The position numbers were made by a program, and so were the translations under genes. The notes under the pieces were generated by a model. The model had not been told where the DNA came from, did no database searches, and saw only the letters and a program-made list of their open reading frames with translations. 57,540 nt of DNA from Trypethelium eluteriae (lineage: Eukaryota). Shown piece after piece: positions 22,861 to 35,300 of the stretch (position 1 is its first letter; every line of letters begins with the position of its first letter). Where the stretch lies: contig JAVECL010000085.1 in assembly GCA_051942245.1 (NCBI GenBank), positions 1 to 57,540 on the forward strand, in the 5' to 3' direction.

Positions 22861-24204
22861 TCAATATCGGCTGTCCATATTTTCCAAATCACTCTCCTCG
22901 ATATCGTAATCGTAGCTTTGATCTTCTTCATCTTCATTGGGGTGTGTTGCGTAGCCAGTGCGAAGGTGTAATGGCACACTTGGCTTTGCAGATAGGTCAC
23001 TGTCCAAATTCTTGACTTGCTCCGGTGTCAGTTCCACCACCATCGGAGCGTATTCTCCGAGTTCATCAGCTTCCTCGTCTCCTCCAATATCCATCTCCAC
23101 TCTTTCTCCATCTTCGAGTTCCAGAATACCATTTCTTACGAAATCATGCTGCAGTTCCCATCCGAACTCGGTTCTGATGAATTCTTCTAACTCGCCAAAC
23201 GCCCCGACAATTTTTTCTTTGGCCGACCCGTCTTCTTGCTCTAGCCCTCGCTTGAAATCTCGGAGTAAGTTTCGGATAAGTTCGCCGTCGTCTTCGTGCA
23301 GGTTAAAAAGTCCTCCCTCGGCCTCTTGGGCATGTTTCAATTGCAAGCTGATAGTTGTCATGAGATTGACGAAGAGTTGAGGACGCTGGAGCACTGCTCC
23401 TCGACAAGTGCAAAGCAAGCTCAATATTCGTTTCCATTGTTCGAGGCAAGAATTATTGTTCAGGGTTAGTACCATTAAGAAACAAAATTGCAGTTCTCCA
23501 AGGATTTCTAGCTCGCTTTGATCAGCGCAATACCGGGTAATCAAATCATCCAAGGCCCAAGAGCGGTCTCTCGCTCCATTAGTTCTTTCTCGACCTGTAG
23601 CTCCTTCCCTCCAAGTTTGCTTCAGATTGATTGGTACGAAATTAAGTTCCCTCTCAGTTTGGATAATGCTTTCAAGGGCGGTTAGGCCAGGAATATGATC
23701 AACATCCACCGAAGCGGAGCTAACCGACGTCAAATTCCAATGATCCTGTGGGCCTCCGGTAATGCGGGCAAGCAAAGAGGGTGTTATATACGAAGTCAAA
23801 TCTGTCCAAGCTTTGGAGATCTCTATCCCCTCTTGAGGTTCATTTGATGGTCCACTGGCGCTCTGGCGATACGGTGTAAGCCCTTTCCAGATCGAGCCAA
23901 TATTTGCACGCCATCTCAGAATACTGGCCTGGTCATCCTCGGATACTAGTTCCTCTCTCGACGAGTCCCACTTCTTAATCCAGAAATTCGATGATGGGGA
24001 AGAGGGCTCACCAACATGGAACCACGCACCATGACGAACAGAGAGGGCTGTAGTTGGACTAGTGAATATGAAGTGAAACCCAGGTGGTATGCCTTTAATC
24101 CCTTGGAACCGAGGTGTAGTTGTGAAGGAAAGGAGATCGATACCACCCATAGCAGATGGAGGTAGATTTAGTAATAGTATGCAAGGTTGATCAAGAAGCT
24201 CCAT
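22861..24204 (-). CDS. AAR2: U5 snRNP assembly factor Aar2
   Basis: GIDLLSFTTTPRFQGIKGIPPGFHF, TWREGATGRERT...DRSWAL and ILGELQFCFL...SCLEQWKRIL are AAR2 family motifs. Confidence 0.9.
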   Translation of the reverse strand: MELLDQPCILLLNLPPSAMGGIDLLSFTTTPRFQGIKGIPPGFHFIFTSPTTALSVRHGAWFHVGEPSSPSSNFWIKKWDSSREELVSEDDQASILRWRANIGSIWKGLTPYRQSASGPSNEPQEGIEISKAWTDLTSYITPSLLARITGGPQDHWNLTSVSSASVDVDHIPGLTALESIIQTERELNFVPINLKQTWREGATGRERTNGARDRSWALDDLITRYCADQSELEILGELQFCFLMVLTLNNNSCLEQWKRILSLLCTCRGAVLQRPQLFVNLMTTISLQLKHAQEAEGGLFNLHEDDGELIRNLLRDFKRGLEQEDGSAKEKIVGAFGELEEFIRTEFGWELQHDFVRNGILELEDGERVEMDIGGDEEADELGEYAPMVVELTPEQVKNLDSDLSAKPSVPLHLRTGYATHPNEDEEDQSYDYDIEESDLENMDSRY

Positions 24205-25014
24205 TGTTTAGATACTCAAGGTGGGATTTTGTCAGACACTAGTATGTACGCGTGAAAGAAACAGAACCCTGCACTTAAGTAGTCGAGTCTCAGTGAAACA
24301 ATACAGAAGGAAGGTAGAGGAGGAAATGTGCGAAACTGATCGGTGAGAGTGGCGTGATTGCTGGAAATGACGTGCAAGTAACTACACTTTGTTGGACTGA
24401 GGGAGGTACAGATTGAAGACTCTATCTGTGAGTCCCGTGAACGAAATTTGAGGGATACCAGTATGGTCGCGTTTGCTAGAGACTGTATCTGTGGGGTTTC
24501 GAGGAATGGCTCAGTGCTGGCCGAAACCTCAATCTGGATGTATCGCAGCACAAGATATTCCGGCCAAGTCTATGTGGGTGAGCATCCTGAAACGCACGCA
24601 ATAGACAGCAATGAAGCCACTCGGGACCTCTCAGCAGTGCAAGAGCGTTCATCAGTTGTAATCAAGAAGGTAGAAACTAACTAAAGTACCTCCTTAAGGT
24701 AAATACGGACTGATGAATATACGTGACGTCATTCCTTGAATTTTCTCACCCTTGCTCATGACTTAACACACTCAAAACTTGTGCCTCCATTATGCTCGAA
24801 TCTTCTGCTACTAGAATACGAATATATTATTCATGGTTTGGGTTACCGTTCTCGAAATTTCTGGATTGTACGAAGAATGCAACGGTAACCAGAAAACACC
24901 GTTACGCGCCCAACTAAGGTGTAGTATTCTACATTATCGACAATGCTTAGGTTTTAATAGAGCCACTCAGGTGACTCCGTATACAATCAAATCGTACTCA
25001 TCTCTATCCTCATT

Positions 25015-26006
25015 CTATTCGTTTGACCATTCTGCTTTCTTCTTTTCTGCAAAAGCGGTCATGCCTACAACCCAAGTCAGCTGCGACAACATCTGTATCT
25101 GTCTCTACTTACCAATCTTCTGATCCCTTGACCCAAATAGACCATGGAATATTCTCCTCTCATATTCAACACCATCCCTTATTCCAAGATCCTGGCTCTT
25201 GTTCACGACCTCCTTCGCAGCTTTCACCGCGAGTCTGCCCATCCCTACAATCTTTTCTGCTGTCGCCAGAGCTCCCTCAACGCACTCTTCGGGAGTTTCA
25301 AAACATTTAGCTGCCACACCCCATTCATATGCCTGCTTACCCGAGAAATTCTCTCCTGTCAATATCAAATCCATAGCCCTGCTCTTTCCAATAGCTCGAG
25401 TCAATCGTTGTGACCCGCCCGCACCGGGTATTACTCCGAGCTTGGTTTCGGGCTGACCAAAAGTCGCATTTGTGCTGGTGTAGATTATGTCGGTCATGAG
25501 AGCCAGCTCACAGCCGCCACCCAAAGCATATCCGTTTACAGCAGAGATCAACGGCTTCTTTAAGGATGTAATTGTAGAGGACCACAGTTCGATAAAGTCA
25601 TGGCCATAAGCGTCGGCGAAGCTCTTGTCCTTCATTTCCTTGATATCGGCACCAGCTGCGAAAGCTTTCTGGGAGCCTGTCAAAACTGTCGCACCGATTG
25701 AATCGTCGGCGTCAAATTTACGGAGGCAGTCATTTAGTTCAATGAAGAGGGGAGTGAAGAGTGCATTGAGAGCTTTGGGGCGGTTTAGTGTTACTGTGAT
25801 ATAAAGTCAACGTCTATCTTGAATCTACCATGATGCCTCAATAACATATGAGTCCACATACTAAGACCTACACCAGGTTTGGGGGTTGAGACTTTGATAT
25901 GTTCATATGGAGACTCGATTGCTGTGGAATACGATCTCCATAACCGAGGCAGATTGTATGAAGTGAACTTTGAAGGTATCACTCTCACCGCCCTGATGGA
26001 CTTCAT
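25015..26006 (-). CDS. echA: Mitochondrial short-chain enoyl-CoA hydratase (crotonase family), 3 exons
   Basis: Presequence-like N-terminus, TLNRPKALNAL, AFAAGADIKEM, GYALGGGCELA and FGQPETKLGVIPGAGGSQRL. The last exon is GMTAFAEKKKAEWSNE*. Confidence 0.92.
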
Positions 26007-26334
26007 TTGGGTTACAGAAAAAGAAAAGTTAGATTGCCGGGCTTGGATTTGGGTCCAATGAGCAAGGTCGGAGGAGCTTTGAGCTCTCCGCAGATTCAGA
26101 AAATTGGTTACTCCGGTGAGCGGAGGCGGAGGTTACCTTACGGAGGCTCAAAATTGGTCTGTGCTTTGGATGGAATTTTTGAGCCACGGAGGAGGCTGAA
26201 GGGTTTCAGCAAACGACGCTCCCAAATCTTGTATCTATAACAACCCCTCCTGATGGGATAGAGAGATTTGCGTTCATACCGTACTCTTGAGCTTCATTGC
26301 CGTTACTAACCGTTATCATCTCTTGGCTTTCACG

Positions 26335-27068
26335 ATGGATGAGCCAGAGCCAGAAACCCCTTTCGCTGCTGTCAGCGCGCAAACAACCAAATATGGAAGA
26401 GTGAGTTCCTACGTACTTGCTGAGTATCAAGGTCTATCTGAGGCTCATGATGCTCTTGATAGATATTCCAATCCTATCTCGATAAATCGACACCTTTTAT
26501 TGGCTACCGATGGGCAGGCACGGCTACCCTTTTCTGCTTCTTCGCTTTACGAATCTTCCTAGCACAGGGCTGGTACATTGGTTTGTGGACTCTGAAGATC
26601 CCGTCTTTTATCTCGGAGCTGATGGATTCCCAGTGGTGTACAGTCTCGGGATCTACCTTCTGAACCTCTTCCTCGCCTTCATATCGCCGAAATTCGATCC
26701 ATCACTTGAGCAAGATGAGGGCATGGAAGAGGGCGCAAGTAGCTTGCCAACAAAGCAGGATCAAGAATTTCGACCTTTTGTCAGGCGGCTACCAGAGTTT
26801 AAATTCTGGTACGCAGCGACCAGGGCAATCGCAATTGCGTTTCTCTGTAGCTGGTTCGCAGTGTTTGATTTGCCCGTCTTTTGGCCGGTGTTGGTGGTAT
26901 ATTGGCTAATTCTCGTCGCTTTGACAAGTAGGCTCTATTCATCGAAAGCTGTGTCTTGTTGACTGTATGCTAACCTTTGACTGAATAGTGCGACGACAGA
27001 TTCAACACATGATAAAGTATCGTTATGTGCCCTTCACCGTTGGCAAACAGAGGTATTCGAAGAGCTGA
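26335..27068 (+). CDS. RER1: Golgi-to-ER retrieval receptor Rer1, 4 exons
   Basis: YSLGIYLLNLFLAFISPKFDP, EFRPFVRRLPEFKFW, PVFWPVL and a final exon RRQIQHMIKYRYVPFTVGK. Confidence 0.95.
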
Positions 27069-27922
27069 ACAATCGCCTTCCATTCTCATGTACTATTACC
27101 TCCTATACACTACTAATCGGACGAAATACGTTTCTGTGCGCGTCATGCTTCAGGCCCATAGCGAATAGATATACGACTTTCGACTTCTTTCTATAGTTCA
27201 TCCTCGAACGGCATCTTGATTAGATCCTTACGCAATTCTAGACCGAACATGAATGCCCACCATACCTATCACAACCTTTGAGCGACATTGCGCAACCAGA
27301 AGATGGTTGTTGATTCCCCAAGATATCAAGCTAGCGTATCGTTTCTCTTGGAGTAGTCCGCAAAATTTTTCCGAGATCGGCAACTGTCGTAACCATGTTG
27401 TGACGCAAAGAATGCCATTGACCAATCACTTCGCCCTGATAGATCTGGGGCAAACAGGCTAGATCAAGTAGCGATCAGTGATTTATGCGTACTATCCATT
27501 TTGTGGGATTGATGCCTTTGTTTGAAAGCCAGAGAACTCCATGGGCGTGGGGATGCCGAGGCTATGATTGGTTGATATAGCAGCCGTCAATCGGCCACCC
27601 GGCGCAGAAACGAACGGCTTCAACTTCACACCAGCATGTGCTCCCTTAGCCCACTTTTACAGGGCAATTGCCGCAGCGTCATGCTCCAAATCTGTACGTG
27701 TCTCTGCATAGCTCGTCTGGTCTCAGTCGTCACCCGTCCGAATTTTGCATCTGAAAATTAACCAGCCACTGGTGCTTGGGGTGCTTGGGCTGGTGTTGAG
27801 AAGGGCCCTGTCCGTCTCTGAACTTATTCTGCCCACCATGTGGTACAAGTGATAGGCTGGCAAACGTCATGTCGTGTTCTAGCCCAAGAGCATCTTTCAA
27901 TAGACTGCTTTGCCCTTTTACC

Positions 27923-27928
27923 CACGTG
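27923..27928. promoter_or_regulatory. CACGTG bHLH (Pho4/NUC-1-type) site upstream of BTA1
   Basis: CACGTG lies about 190 bp before the ATG of a gene known to be phosphate-starvation regulated in fungi. A single hexamer is weak evidence. Confidence 0.4.
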
Positions 27929-28115
27929 GAGGGGCAATGGTGGGGTTGTTTGTGGTGGGGAGTGCCTGCTGGTTACACGCATTCCAGTCTCGGCGACTGA
28001 TATACCCCAACGCCTCCACGCTGTGCTTTCTCATTATGTTGCTCGCTCATCACGTCTACCCCATAGCTGCATTACAGCGGCCTTGGTAGGTGGATCTCTC
28101 TCTTCCTCAATTATC

Positions 28116-30865
28116 ATGGCTGCTTTCGAATCAGCACTGAAGCTGCTCAATGATCCGCTCAATCAAATTGGGTTAGCCAGTGTTGCTGTCCTAATCCTTC
28201 TGATAGTTGTCTTTGTGGCTTCCTTTGGCAACTTGAAGTTTTCTTTGAGTTTTGGCGAGACAATTCACAGCTATAGTCGCTTCATCTATGGCTGCTTCCT
28301 GAAACCACACACCGGCGACGCCAGTGGAAATCAGCAGGATGCCTTGGAGAGTTTCTACAAAGCCCAGGCGTCCGTCTACGATGCCACACGCCAGCGCTTG
28401 CTCCATGGTCGCGAGGATATGTTGGGTTTGGTGGCCGCCCAATTGAAGTATCGCAGGGAAACTGGGGCTCTCGTCCGCAAGCCTGTGTGGGTTGATGTAA
28501 GACCAGAGAACTTTATCAACCATAATACAGACGAGGCTGACCACTATTGAGATCGGCGGAGGCACTGGTTACAACGTCGAAGCCATGTCGCAATTCCTCG
28601 ACGTTCCAACCTTTTTCAAGTCTGTATACGTGGTTGATTTCTCTCCCTCCTTATGCAAAGTGGCAATCGATAGATTTGAGCGACTTGGCTGGAAAAATGT
28701 CAAGGTGCTCTGCCAAGACGCTCGCTCTTTCCGGCTGGAGGATCATGAAGAGTTAGGCAGCGGCAGGAATTCTCCTACATCGATCACGCAAACCAAATAT
28801 GGCCTGCAGGAAAGTTCGAGCTCGAGCGGAGCGGATATCATAACCATGTCCTACTCACTCAGTATGATTCCAGAATTCTATCCCGTGATCGATTCAATCC
28901 CGTCTTTTCTTGCTCCTACTGGTATCATTGGTGTTGCGGATTTTTACGTTCAAAGCAGGGCCGACTACCAGAGCCGAAATTATACTGGTGGAGATATCGA
29001 TAGGCATTGTAACTGGGGCTCGAGAGTGTTCTGGAGAGGATGGTTCGACATTGATAGGGTCAGCCTGGAGGCCGCCAGAAGGGTACGTTCCCAGTCGCAT
29101 TTTAGAACGCTACATCAACTAATGGTCTTCGTAGGACTACTTGGAATATAAATTTGGGACAATCATCAGTGTCAATGCACGCAACCATTTCTGCGGAGTG
29201 AGGATTCCCTACTATATTTGGATCGGATGTCCGAAAGAGACAGGATCTTCGGGAACAAAATTGGCCGAGCTGGACGCGGCTGCAACAGAATCCCCGTACC
29301 TCTCAGCTTTGGATCTGCAGAGGAAATCGTTAGAAGAGGCTCGTAAGTCGACTTCAGTGGATATCCACTCAAAGGCATACGAGTCGGCAATCGTTAATCT
29401 AGCGGCAAGCCTTCCGCTCCCAGCAAGCTGGTACCAAAGCCACCATTGGCGAATCTACTACGATAATTCATTGCCCAAACACAAGCAATTCAATAGTGAA
29501 TACATTTATGCATTTACGTGGGAGGACGCGAGAGCGGATGCGCGGATACTCAAGATTCAAGAAGACGACGTTATCCTTGCAGTTACAAGTGCAGGTGACA
29601 ATGCGCTGTCATATGCTCTACAACAACCGAAGCGGATTCATGCCGTCGACTTAAAGTAAGTATAAAAAACAGAATAGATAGCCGACTACCCTACTGATTC
29701 ACCTTCTCAGCCCTGCTCAAAATCACTTGCTTGAGCTTAAGATAGCTGCTTTTACAGCTCTCGGCTATTCTGATATTTGGAAGCTGTTTGGCGAGGGCAA
29801 ACATGAGCAGTTCCGAAGCTTACTCGTCGAAAAGCTGAGTCCACATATGTCTAGTCTGGCCTTTCAATTCTGGCTTCATAACGGGGAGCGTACGTTTGTT
29901 AGGCGCGGCCTTTACTACACAGGTGGATCTCGCCATGCTCTGAATCTTGTTAAATGGTTGTTCCGCTTACTTGGGCTCACTCAAGAAGTAGAGCGTCTAT
30001 GCGCTGCAAGAACACTTAATGAACAGCGCGAAATCTGGCAAAAAAGCATCCGTCGAGTCTTGCTCAGCCGGATTTTGAGCTGGACGATCGTCGGTAACGA
30101 GCGATGGCTGTGGAAGGCACTTGGCGTACCACCAGCTCAGCGCGAGATGATTGAACATGACTATCTTCGCCAAAGTGGCATTTCGGAGAACAGTGAAAGT
30201 GAGATTTTACCCACTGCCCAACGTGGCATCCGTTCGGGACGAGCAATTTGGGAGTACATGGTCAATACCCTCGATCCCCTTGTGAATACTACTCTGGTTA
30301 GCGATGATAACCATTACTATCTCCTTTGCCTGCAAGGCTGCTACTCTCGCCGATGTCATCCGGACTACCTTACTCCGAAAGCCCACACCAAACTCTCGCG
30401 TCCCAACGCTTTCGATGGCCTGCGCATCCACACAGATGAGATGAATGAAGTGATTGCGCGGATGACGCCATCAACTCTCACTATTGCTGTGCTTATGGAC
30501 AGTATGGATTGGATGGATCCAAAGAGCTCAGCAGCGGAAGAGCAGATTCAGAAACTGCATAGAGCACTCAAAGTAGGTGGACGGGTTTTGATACGGAGCT
30601 CAGGTTTGAGTCCTTGGTATGTGAAGAAATTCGAGGAGGGCGGATTCGTAGCAAAGCGGGTTGCGGCAAGGTTTCCTGGGAGCTGCATTGACCGGTATGT
30701 CTTTTAGTAGATTTTCAGTCTTATCTCTGCTTACTGGATTGATACTGTAGGGTTAACATGTACGCCTCGACCTGGTTATTCACGAAAGTCCCAGAGGTGA
30801 GCCGGGAGATGCCTGAGGTCTCAATGGTCGATTCCCATGGCTCTCTTGAGAAACTGAATATCTAG
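28116..30865 (+). CDS. BTA1: Betaine lipid (DGTS) synthase, BtaB-BtaA fusion, 5 exons
   Basis: QQDALESFYKAQASVYDATRQRLLHGRE, SAM motif WVD|IGGGTG, TMSYSLSMIP, YIYAFTWED, TSAGDN, VDLNPAQNHLLELK, MDSMDW and DRVNMYAST. Confidence 0.93.
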
Positions 30866-31164
30866 CTACAAGGAGGTGTAGCTCGCGACCTTAAAAGACG
30901 ACTGCGCTATTGGAGGGAGAACAGGATTAGTGGCTAATTGCTAATGTATTTGCGCTTTGCAAGCTACGATAGCTGTATTTCATTGAACTCCATCTGAGAT
31001 ATCCCTTTTTCCAGCCTTGATTCGCGTGCACATTCCCATTTTCGGAACTTCAACAGTCCGCGGAGTCCAGCGACTAGATAGCTCCTGGTGCGCCGCGTGC
31101 CTAAGTGATTCAACATCTACCCCTAGAGGTAAGTAGTGGTGCCTTGTGACTATAGTACAGTCTG

Positions 31165-32086
31165 CTATGCTGGAGTTGGTCCTTCCCGTCCAGACTCTTC
31201 CGCAGCCAACTCGCGTTCAGCTTGTCGATAATATTTCGATGTATCAACACCATGCTACAGAACAAATGTTAGTGTCAAAACTACTTTCACTCGAGTTCTC
31301 GGGTCCATTAGGGAGTATATTAGAGAGGTTGACGAACAAATGGGTGGTTCACGAAATTGAACCACGGGATTGCGTATAGAAAGAGTCCCGAATATCGTGA
31401 ATTCCGAGCAGCTACACCTTGCATGTGCTCGCTAAGGCTACTGTGGCCGTAAAGCGGCTCGCCCTTTTTGACTTTGTCCACCATCTCCCGCATGTCCAGG
31501 TCAATTTCGCGGCGATTTTCTGTAAGGCCATAGAACCGTTCTGTATTTTGACCATCAGTAAATGCCGCCATATCAAATTGATCAACCATGATTTAGTGGG
31601 CTATAACATACGGATGCTACGTTGGTAGTAGAATAAGAATCCACCCCCAACAGCAATGGCACCTGTCAATCTCATTATAGACGCAAACCCTCCTTTTCCG
31701 ACGTAAGATGGTGACATTCGTTCCCAGAACAGCATGACAGCCGGACCCGCAGCAGTTAAAGCGGCACCCCAACCGTAGTCGGAGGGACGAGCATAGCGAA
31801 GGACACGCGTGAAGTGGCTGTCCATGTCGCTCAGTCAGTCGAGAAAGGTTATAAAATGTAGAATGACATTGATTGCCGCGACTAGGCACTCGAAAAGTAA
31901 CCCTAGGGAAGAACGTACGGATCATTATCAATAAGCTTGAGGCAGATTAGCTAGTGATCGGGAATGATCAATTGAGGAACATACAGGATACTTTGAGTCT
32001 AGTTGCTTTGCTGGAACATACGGACTCGATCTCTCTTCTTGCACAGGGGCTATTCCGAGGCCACCTGAGGGACTTGGATGCGACAT
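31165..32086 (-). CDS. Mitochondrial complex I 20.9/21 kDa accessory subunit (NUXM), multi-exon with a 17-nt micro-exon
   Basis: Spliced YP|LIDNDP|HFTRVLRYARPSDY...YQRSI|..RFYGLTENRRE...GEPLYGHS...ARNSRYS...PWFNFVNH..HGVDTSKYY. Confidence 0.88.
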
Positions 32087-32384
32087 TTTGAGCTCGAAGA
32101 TGATCAATGGAGGGCTTCGGCGGAGGGATCGAAGTCGAGAAGGAGGAGTGTGGATACTGGATTTCTGGATGTGGCCCAAGCGATATGAAGCTTCGGCCTC
32201 AGAAAAGTTCACGCAGTCTCGTCGCATGCAAGCATTACCCAGTTCAACGTCCCTTCGATTCTGACCAACGGGGCTCACGGTGGCTTCTCTCGCCTTCCGT
32301 CCCAGCTCTCGCTCTCCTTTTCTCGGTCGTGCGCACGAGAGTGAACCTTCTGCTGCTGCTGCCGCCGCCAATGCGCCGTCCACC

Positions 32385-35300
32385 ATGGCACCCACAAACG
32401 CGTCCTTGAACGCAGACGCCGAAAACGCGCTTCTCGGACGCCCCACACTTGCAGACCTTCAAGGCGATAACCACTACGCGCATACGGCTCGGAAAACATG
32501 GTTAGACAAGAAGAAATCTCCCAAGGTTCAGCAGAAAATAGTCAAGGAAGAGCTTTGGGATCATTTGGAGCAAGATGGCTTCGCATTCGGCCAGTTACTT
32601 TTGCTGGAGCAATTACAGGTGCTGGAGGGATATCTTTGGCCTGGTTTTTCCGAGGATTCATCGAATTATCATATCCTCCTCATCATACTCATCCTAAACG
32701 TCAAGAGAAGGGAGAATCTGCCATCGTGGGGTTCGTACCCAGTGGAGTCTCAAGTTAATGAGCAAGCTAACACAGTAGCAGATCTCCTTGTGAACAAGTC
32801 AGCAGAATTCTCAACACTCTTCCGCCGAATCTTGTCAATGACTGTTGACACGTCCCTTTCCCTGCTGGTTCGAACGCAACTCATCACTTTTATGATTGGA
32901 GCATTTCAATCTCTGGACAATGGAATAGTACGCAAGGAGTGCGCGCCTTTGGTTTCCATTGCAATTTGGCACAATCTCCACAGTGATGCCTCACGCGAAC
33001 GAAGGCTTGACCAGAATCCAACTCTTAAGAAGGCCTGGCGCGCAGCAGCTAAGCGCTACGATGCAGCGGACGAGCCCACAAAATCCAAGCTACGGTTTGA
33101 GAGAACCTGGCTGTTTACTTTGATGCTAGACTTCATTGACAAGATCTCCGATGACAAACAAGTAGCTTCTCAGGACAACCTGCACTATTGCGAAAGGCTC
33201 CTCGAGTTTCTGACGGATTTGCAAAGCCAATTACCGACTAGACGACATGTGAACTCACTCATCCAAAATCTCAATTTGCTGATTATCATCAAACTATCGC
33301 CTCTCTGTGAAAAAGAAGGGAGTGGTCTATTTAGAGATCTTGCAACCCTCTTACAACACTATACCTACTTCCCGATTGATGATCAGTCTGGGCAGCAATT
33401 TTCGACCGTTGAGTATCATCAAAAGCACGATGCCAAATTATCAAACCTTCAGCGTATAATCATAAAAGGCTATCAGTCAAAGCTAAAAGTTCTCGCGCTC
33501 TCTAACCTTGGTTCAGTAAACAATAATGAGGAGACTCGTGCTGAATTCGAGTCTCTTTCTGACGACGACTTGAGGCAGCTCTGCTCTCAATTTGGATTGC
33601 GAATAACGTATCCGTCCTCGTCACTTATTCAAGATCGAGAATTAATCCTGAACATTCTACTCGCCTCTCTTGAACGTCATCACACTTTTCAAGAATCGAT
33701 CGGAGGAATGCCGATCCTTCCGACTGATTCCATTTTGTACGAGGCTTCCTTGATGCGTAATGCAGAATACAACGGGTCAAGGCCTCTTGCTGTTCCTAAG
33801 CTCAATCTACAATATCTTTCCATGGGCGACTTTCTTTGGCGGTCATTCATTCTTCATCGTTCCGAATCCTTTTACGAAATTCGAAATCATATCGAGGACA
33901 CCGTCAAGCGAATGCAGCCTCGGTTGGTAGGCACAAGCACTCGATTTGAAGGGTTCTCCCGACTAGCACTACCAATTGCGAAACCTGCTATACTAGACGT
34001 CGCCCCCCCAAAGGTTGGGGAAAGCAAGCCGGCCATCGTTCGGAGCGAGGTGATATTAGATGTTCAGCGTCTCAACTCTGGAGTAAGAAGAGAGTGGGAG
34101 ACTCTACGGCCAGACGATGTCGTCTTTCTCGTCGGGGTTCATGCTCAAGACGATTCTCTTGCAAATGGAAATGGTTATACCTATGGAGACGCTTCTCGAA
34201 AGCATGGAATAAAATATATCCGATGCGCCGAGGTTCTTCAGGTGCAAGACGAAAAGGGACGACCGTTACGTGAGCAGCAGACTCGACCAGAGGACGGCTA
34301 CGAGCGTAGAGTTCGCCAAAGGAGAATTATTCTGAAAGTCGATACTGTGGCATACTCGGCAGACATCAAAGGGGCAGCATCGGCCGCCACAGAAGTCTAT
34401 GAATCGATTAATCTCATCGTACGTCGGAGAGCAAGAGAGAATAATTTCAAGTCCGTCCTCGAGTCAATTCGACGCTTAACGTTGTCGGACATTCCCGTTC
34501 CCTCCTGGCTTCAGGAGGTCTTTCTAGGATACGGCGATCCTGCTAGTGCTACCTATCAGCGGCTATCTAATCGACTCAAGTCTATTGACTTTCGAGATAC
34601 GTTCTTGGACTGGGCGCACCTTATCGAAAGCTTTCCTGGCAGAACAATCGAGCCAAGTGAGGAAGCCCAGTCCAGCTTCGGGCCGCCATACATCCTCGAG
34701 ACGATGACCGAAGAGGGCCACGAGGAAGCACCTCGGCCATCGAAGAAGAGACGACGCGACCAAGAAGATGTGCCGACGTCGGCAAGAACAAAAAAAGTCC
34801 TGGTCTCGACCTACAAACCACCAAATACTGGACCGTATCCTACAGATGCTCCAAGACTGAATTCTGTTCGCTTCACACCTGCGCAGATAGAAGCTATCTC
34901 TTCGGGCACGCAGCCTGGCCTCTCAATTATCGTTGGCCCTCCAGGCACTGGCAAGACTGACGTTGCCACTCAAATCATTAACAACATCTATCATAACTTC
35001 CCCTCGCAACGAACCCTTCTAATCGCGCATAGCAATCAGGCTCTCAACAACCTTTTCAGAAAAATTGTGGCTCTTGACATTGATGAAAGACATCTTCTTC
35101 GGCTTGGACACGGTGAGGAAGAACTTGAGACCGAAGCAAGCTACAGCAAGCATGGTCGTGTCGAGTCCTTTCTTGAGAATGGCGCTCGATATCTTGGTGA
35201 AGTCGATCGGCTAGCGAAAAGCATCGGCGCCCCTGGCGCTCATGGTAATTCTTGCGAAACAGCTGACTACTTTAACCTTGTCTACATCAAACCCCGCTGG

